From IMG/VR virus record IMGVR_UViG_3300020021_000179, positions 1 through 57,562 of that record: a DNA stretch of 57,562 bases, one strand, 5' to 3'. The position numbers and the translations under genes were made by a program. The DNA comes from a virus. Taxonomy: Duplodnaviria; Caudoviricetes. Below, piece by piece: positions 56,714-57,562 of this stretch (position 1 is its first letter; every line of letters starts with the position of its first letter). A model generated the notes under the pieces. It was not told the origin of the DNA and ran no database searches. It was given only the letters and a program-made list of their open reading frames with translations.

Positions 56714-56812
56714 ATGAACACACTAAAACACAACATCGCCGCCAGAGTCATCGCGCTTTTAACCATAGCCTTCGCGCTGGCTGCTTATGGATTCCTTATC
56801 GAACCAAAATAA
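56714..56812 (+). CDS. small membrane protein (32 aa, not in ORF track)
   Basis: MNTLKHNIAARVIALLTIAFALAAYGFLIEPK; AAAACC leader. Confidence 0.45.
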   Translation: MNTLKHNIAARVIALLTIAFALAAYGFLIEPK

Positions 56813-56823
56813 ATATAAATAAA

Positions 56824-57165
56824 ATGACAAAGAAAGAACTTAAAAACAGAATCATTGCCAGGGGCGAATCCAGTAATCACAGTCATGTTATTACAGGAGA
56901 TGCTATCATCAGAAACAAAAACGGGGAAATCCTTATCGAAATTGGCGCCGAGGGTGCGATATTAAAACACCTTCTAGAAACAGAATGGTTAACCGGTCGG
57001 GAAGTTTGGACAAAAGAGCATGCTGATATTGATCTTGGATCGCTTCCTGTACAAATCAGACACGGGGATGTACTTCTGGATAAGGTAGGCGAAAGAATCT
57101 ACAAATATATCCAACAGATGGAGTATGATCCGTACAATGAAATCATCAGACAGGTGAGAGATTAA
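56824..57165 (+). CDS. His-motif partner protein usually adjacent to DUF6745 genes
   Basis: IARGESSNHSH, KEHADI, RHGDVLL, QMEYDP, RQVRD. Confidence 0.7.
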   Translation: MTKKELKNRIIARGESSNHSHVITGDAIIRNKNGEILIEIGAEGAILKHLLETEWLTGREVWTKEHADIDLGSLPVQIRHGDVLLDKVGERIYKYIQQMEYDPYNEIIRQVRD

Positions 57166-57184
57166 TTAATCTTCAATTAAAACA

Positions 57185-57562
57185 ATGAAAAAGCTCGAAT
57201 CCCTTTCCGAAGAGCAGATTGAAAAAATGGAGGAAATAAGAAAGCAATGGCTTGATTATATCTTCTCCTGCAAAAATTCTCTCAATCGGGAGTCCGCCTC
57301 GATAAATATCGACTGGTTATATAAAACCGCTAATCTAAAAAACCCGGTTATTATTTATATGGAAAGCCCCATAGGATGCCAAATGGCTATGCCTTACCTG
57401 AAGGCAATTTTTAAAGATGGTGCGTTGGCTCAGGTTTGGGCTCAGGTTCGGGATCAGGTTGGGGATCAGGTTTGGGCTCAGGTTGGGGATCAGGTTGGGG
57501 CTCAGGTTGTGGCTCAGGTTGGGGATCAGGTTCGGGATCAGGTTCGGGATCAGGTTCGGGAT
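57185..57562 (+). CDS. DUF6745-like protein, 5' part (open at window end; not in ORF track)
   Basis: MKKLESLSEEQ...KQWLDY...LYKTANLKNPVIIYMESP, then (A/D)QV(W/R/G/V) repeats in the same reading as base 1. Confidence 0.8.
   Translation, partial: MKKLESLSEEQIEKMEEIRKQWLDYIFSCKNSLNRESASINIDWLYKTANLKNPVIIYMESPIGCQMAMPYLKAIFKDGALAQVWAQVRDQVGDQVWAQVGDQVGAQVVAQVGDQVRDQVRDQVRD
57428..57562 (+). repeat. 12-bp coding tandem repeat, 11 units plus GAT
   Basis: Same unit as 1-300. Confidence 0.97.

Overview
The window looks like an essentially complete, circularly permuted genome of a tailed dsDNA phage, probably a siphovirus, infecting a Bacteroidota host. Host evidence: Gln-starting secreted proteins, a TTTG-N21-TAnnTTT(G/A) promoter and AT-rich leaders. 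Both ends fall inside the same 12-bp coding repeat of a DUF6745-like gene. Gene order: cro-like and early genes (56077-end, 1-4600); replication/recombination with iteron ori (4656-7332); DNA MTase and accessory genes (7390-13900); ECF-like sigma factor (13963); glycan-building cluster (15019-22389); terminase, tail, protease, scaffold, capsid, tail tube, portal, adaptor (22818-38794); five consecutive fibre/spike/glycan-binding genes that all carry Sec signal peptides, then holins and a beta-helix lipoprotein (38791-49653); phosphoesterase, CHAP lysin and a second glyco cassette (49664-53501); a minus-strand block with an orphan HipB-like gene, a repeat-dense non-coding region, a lipoprotein and a CI-like repressor (53617-55945). 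I recognised no integrase, tRNA, CRISPR array or reverse transcriptase. Best candidate for a new system: exported receptor-binding/fibre proteins combined with a phage glycan-modification kit. Five exactly spaced ACA-N15-CATTTAT near-leaderless promoter candidates precede packaging/structural genes and may be read by the phage sigma factor. All family assignments are from motif recognition by eye; no database search was run.
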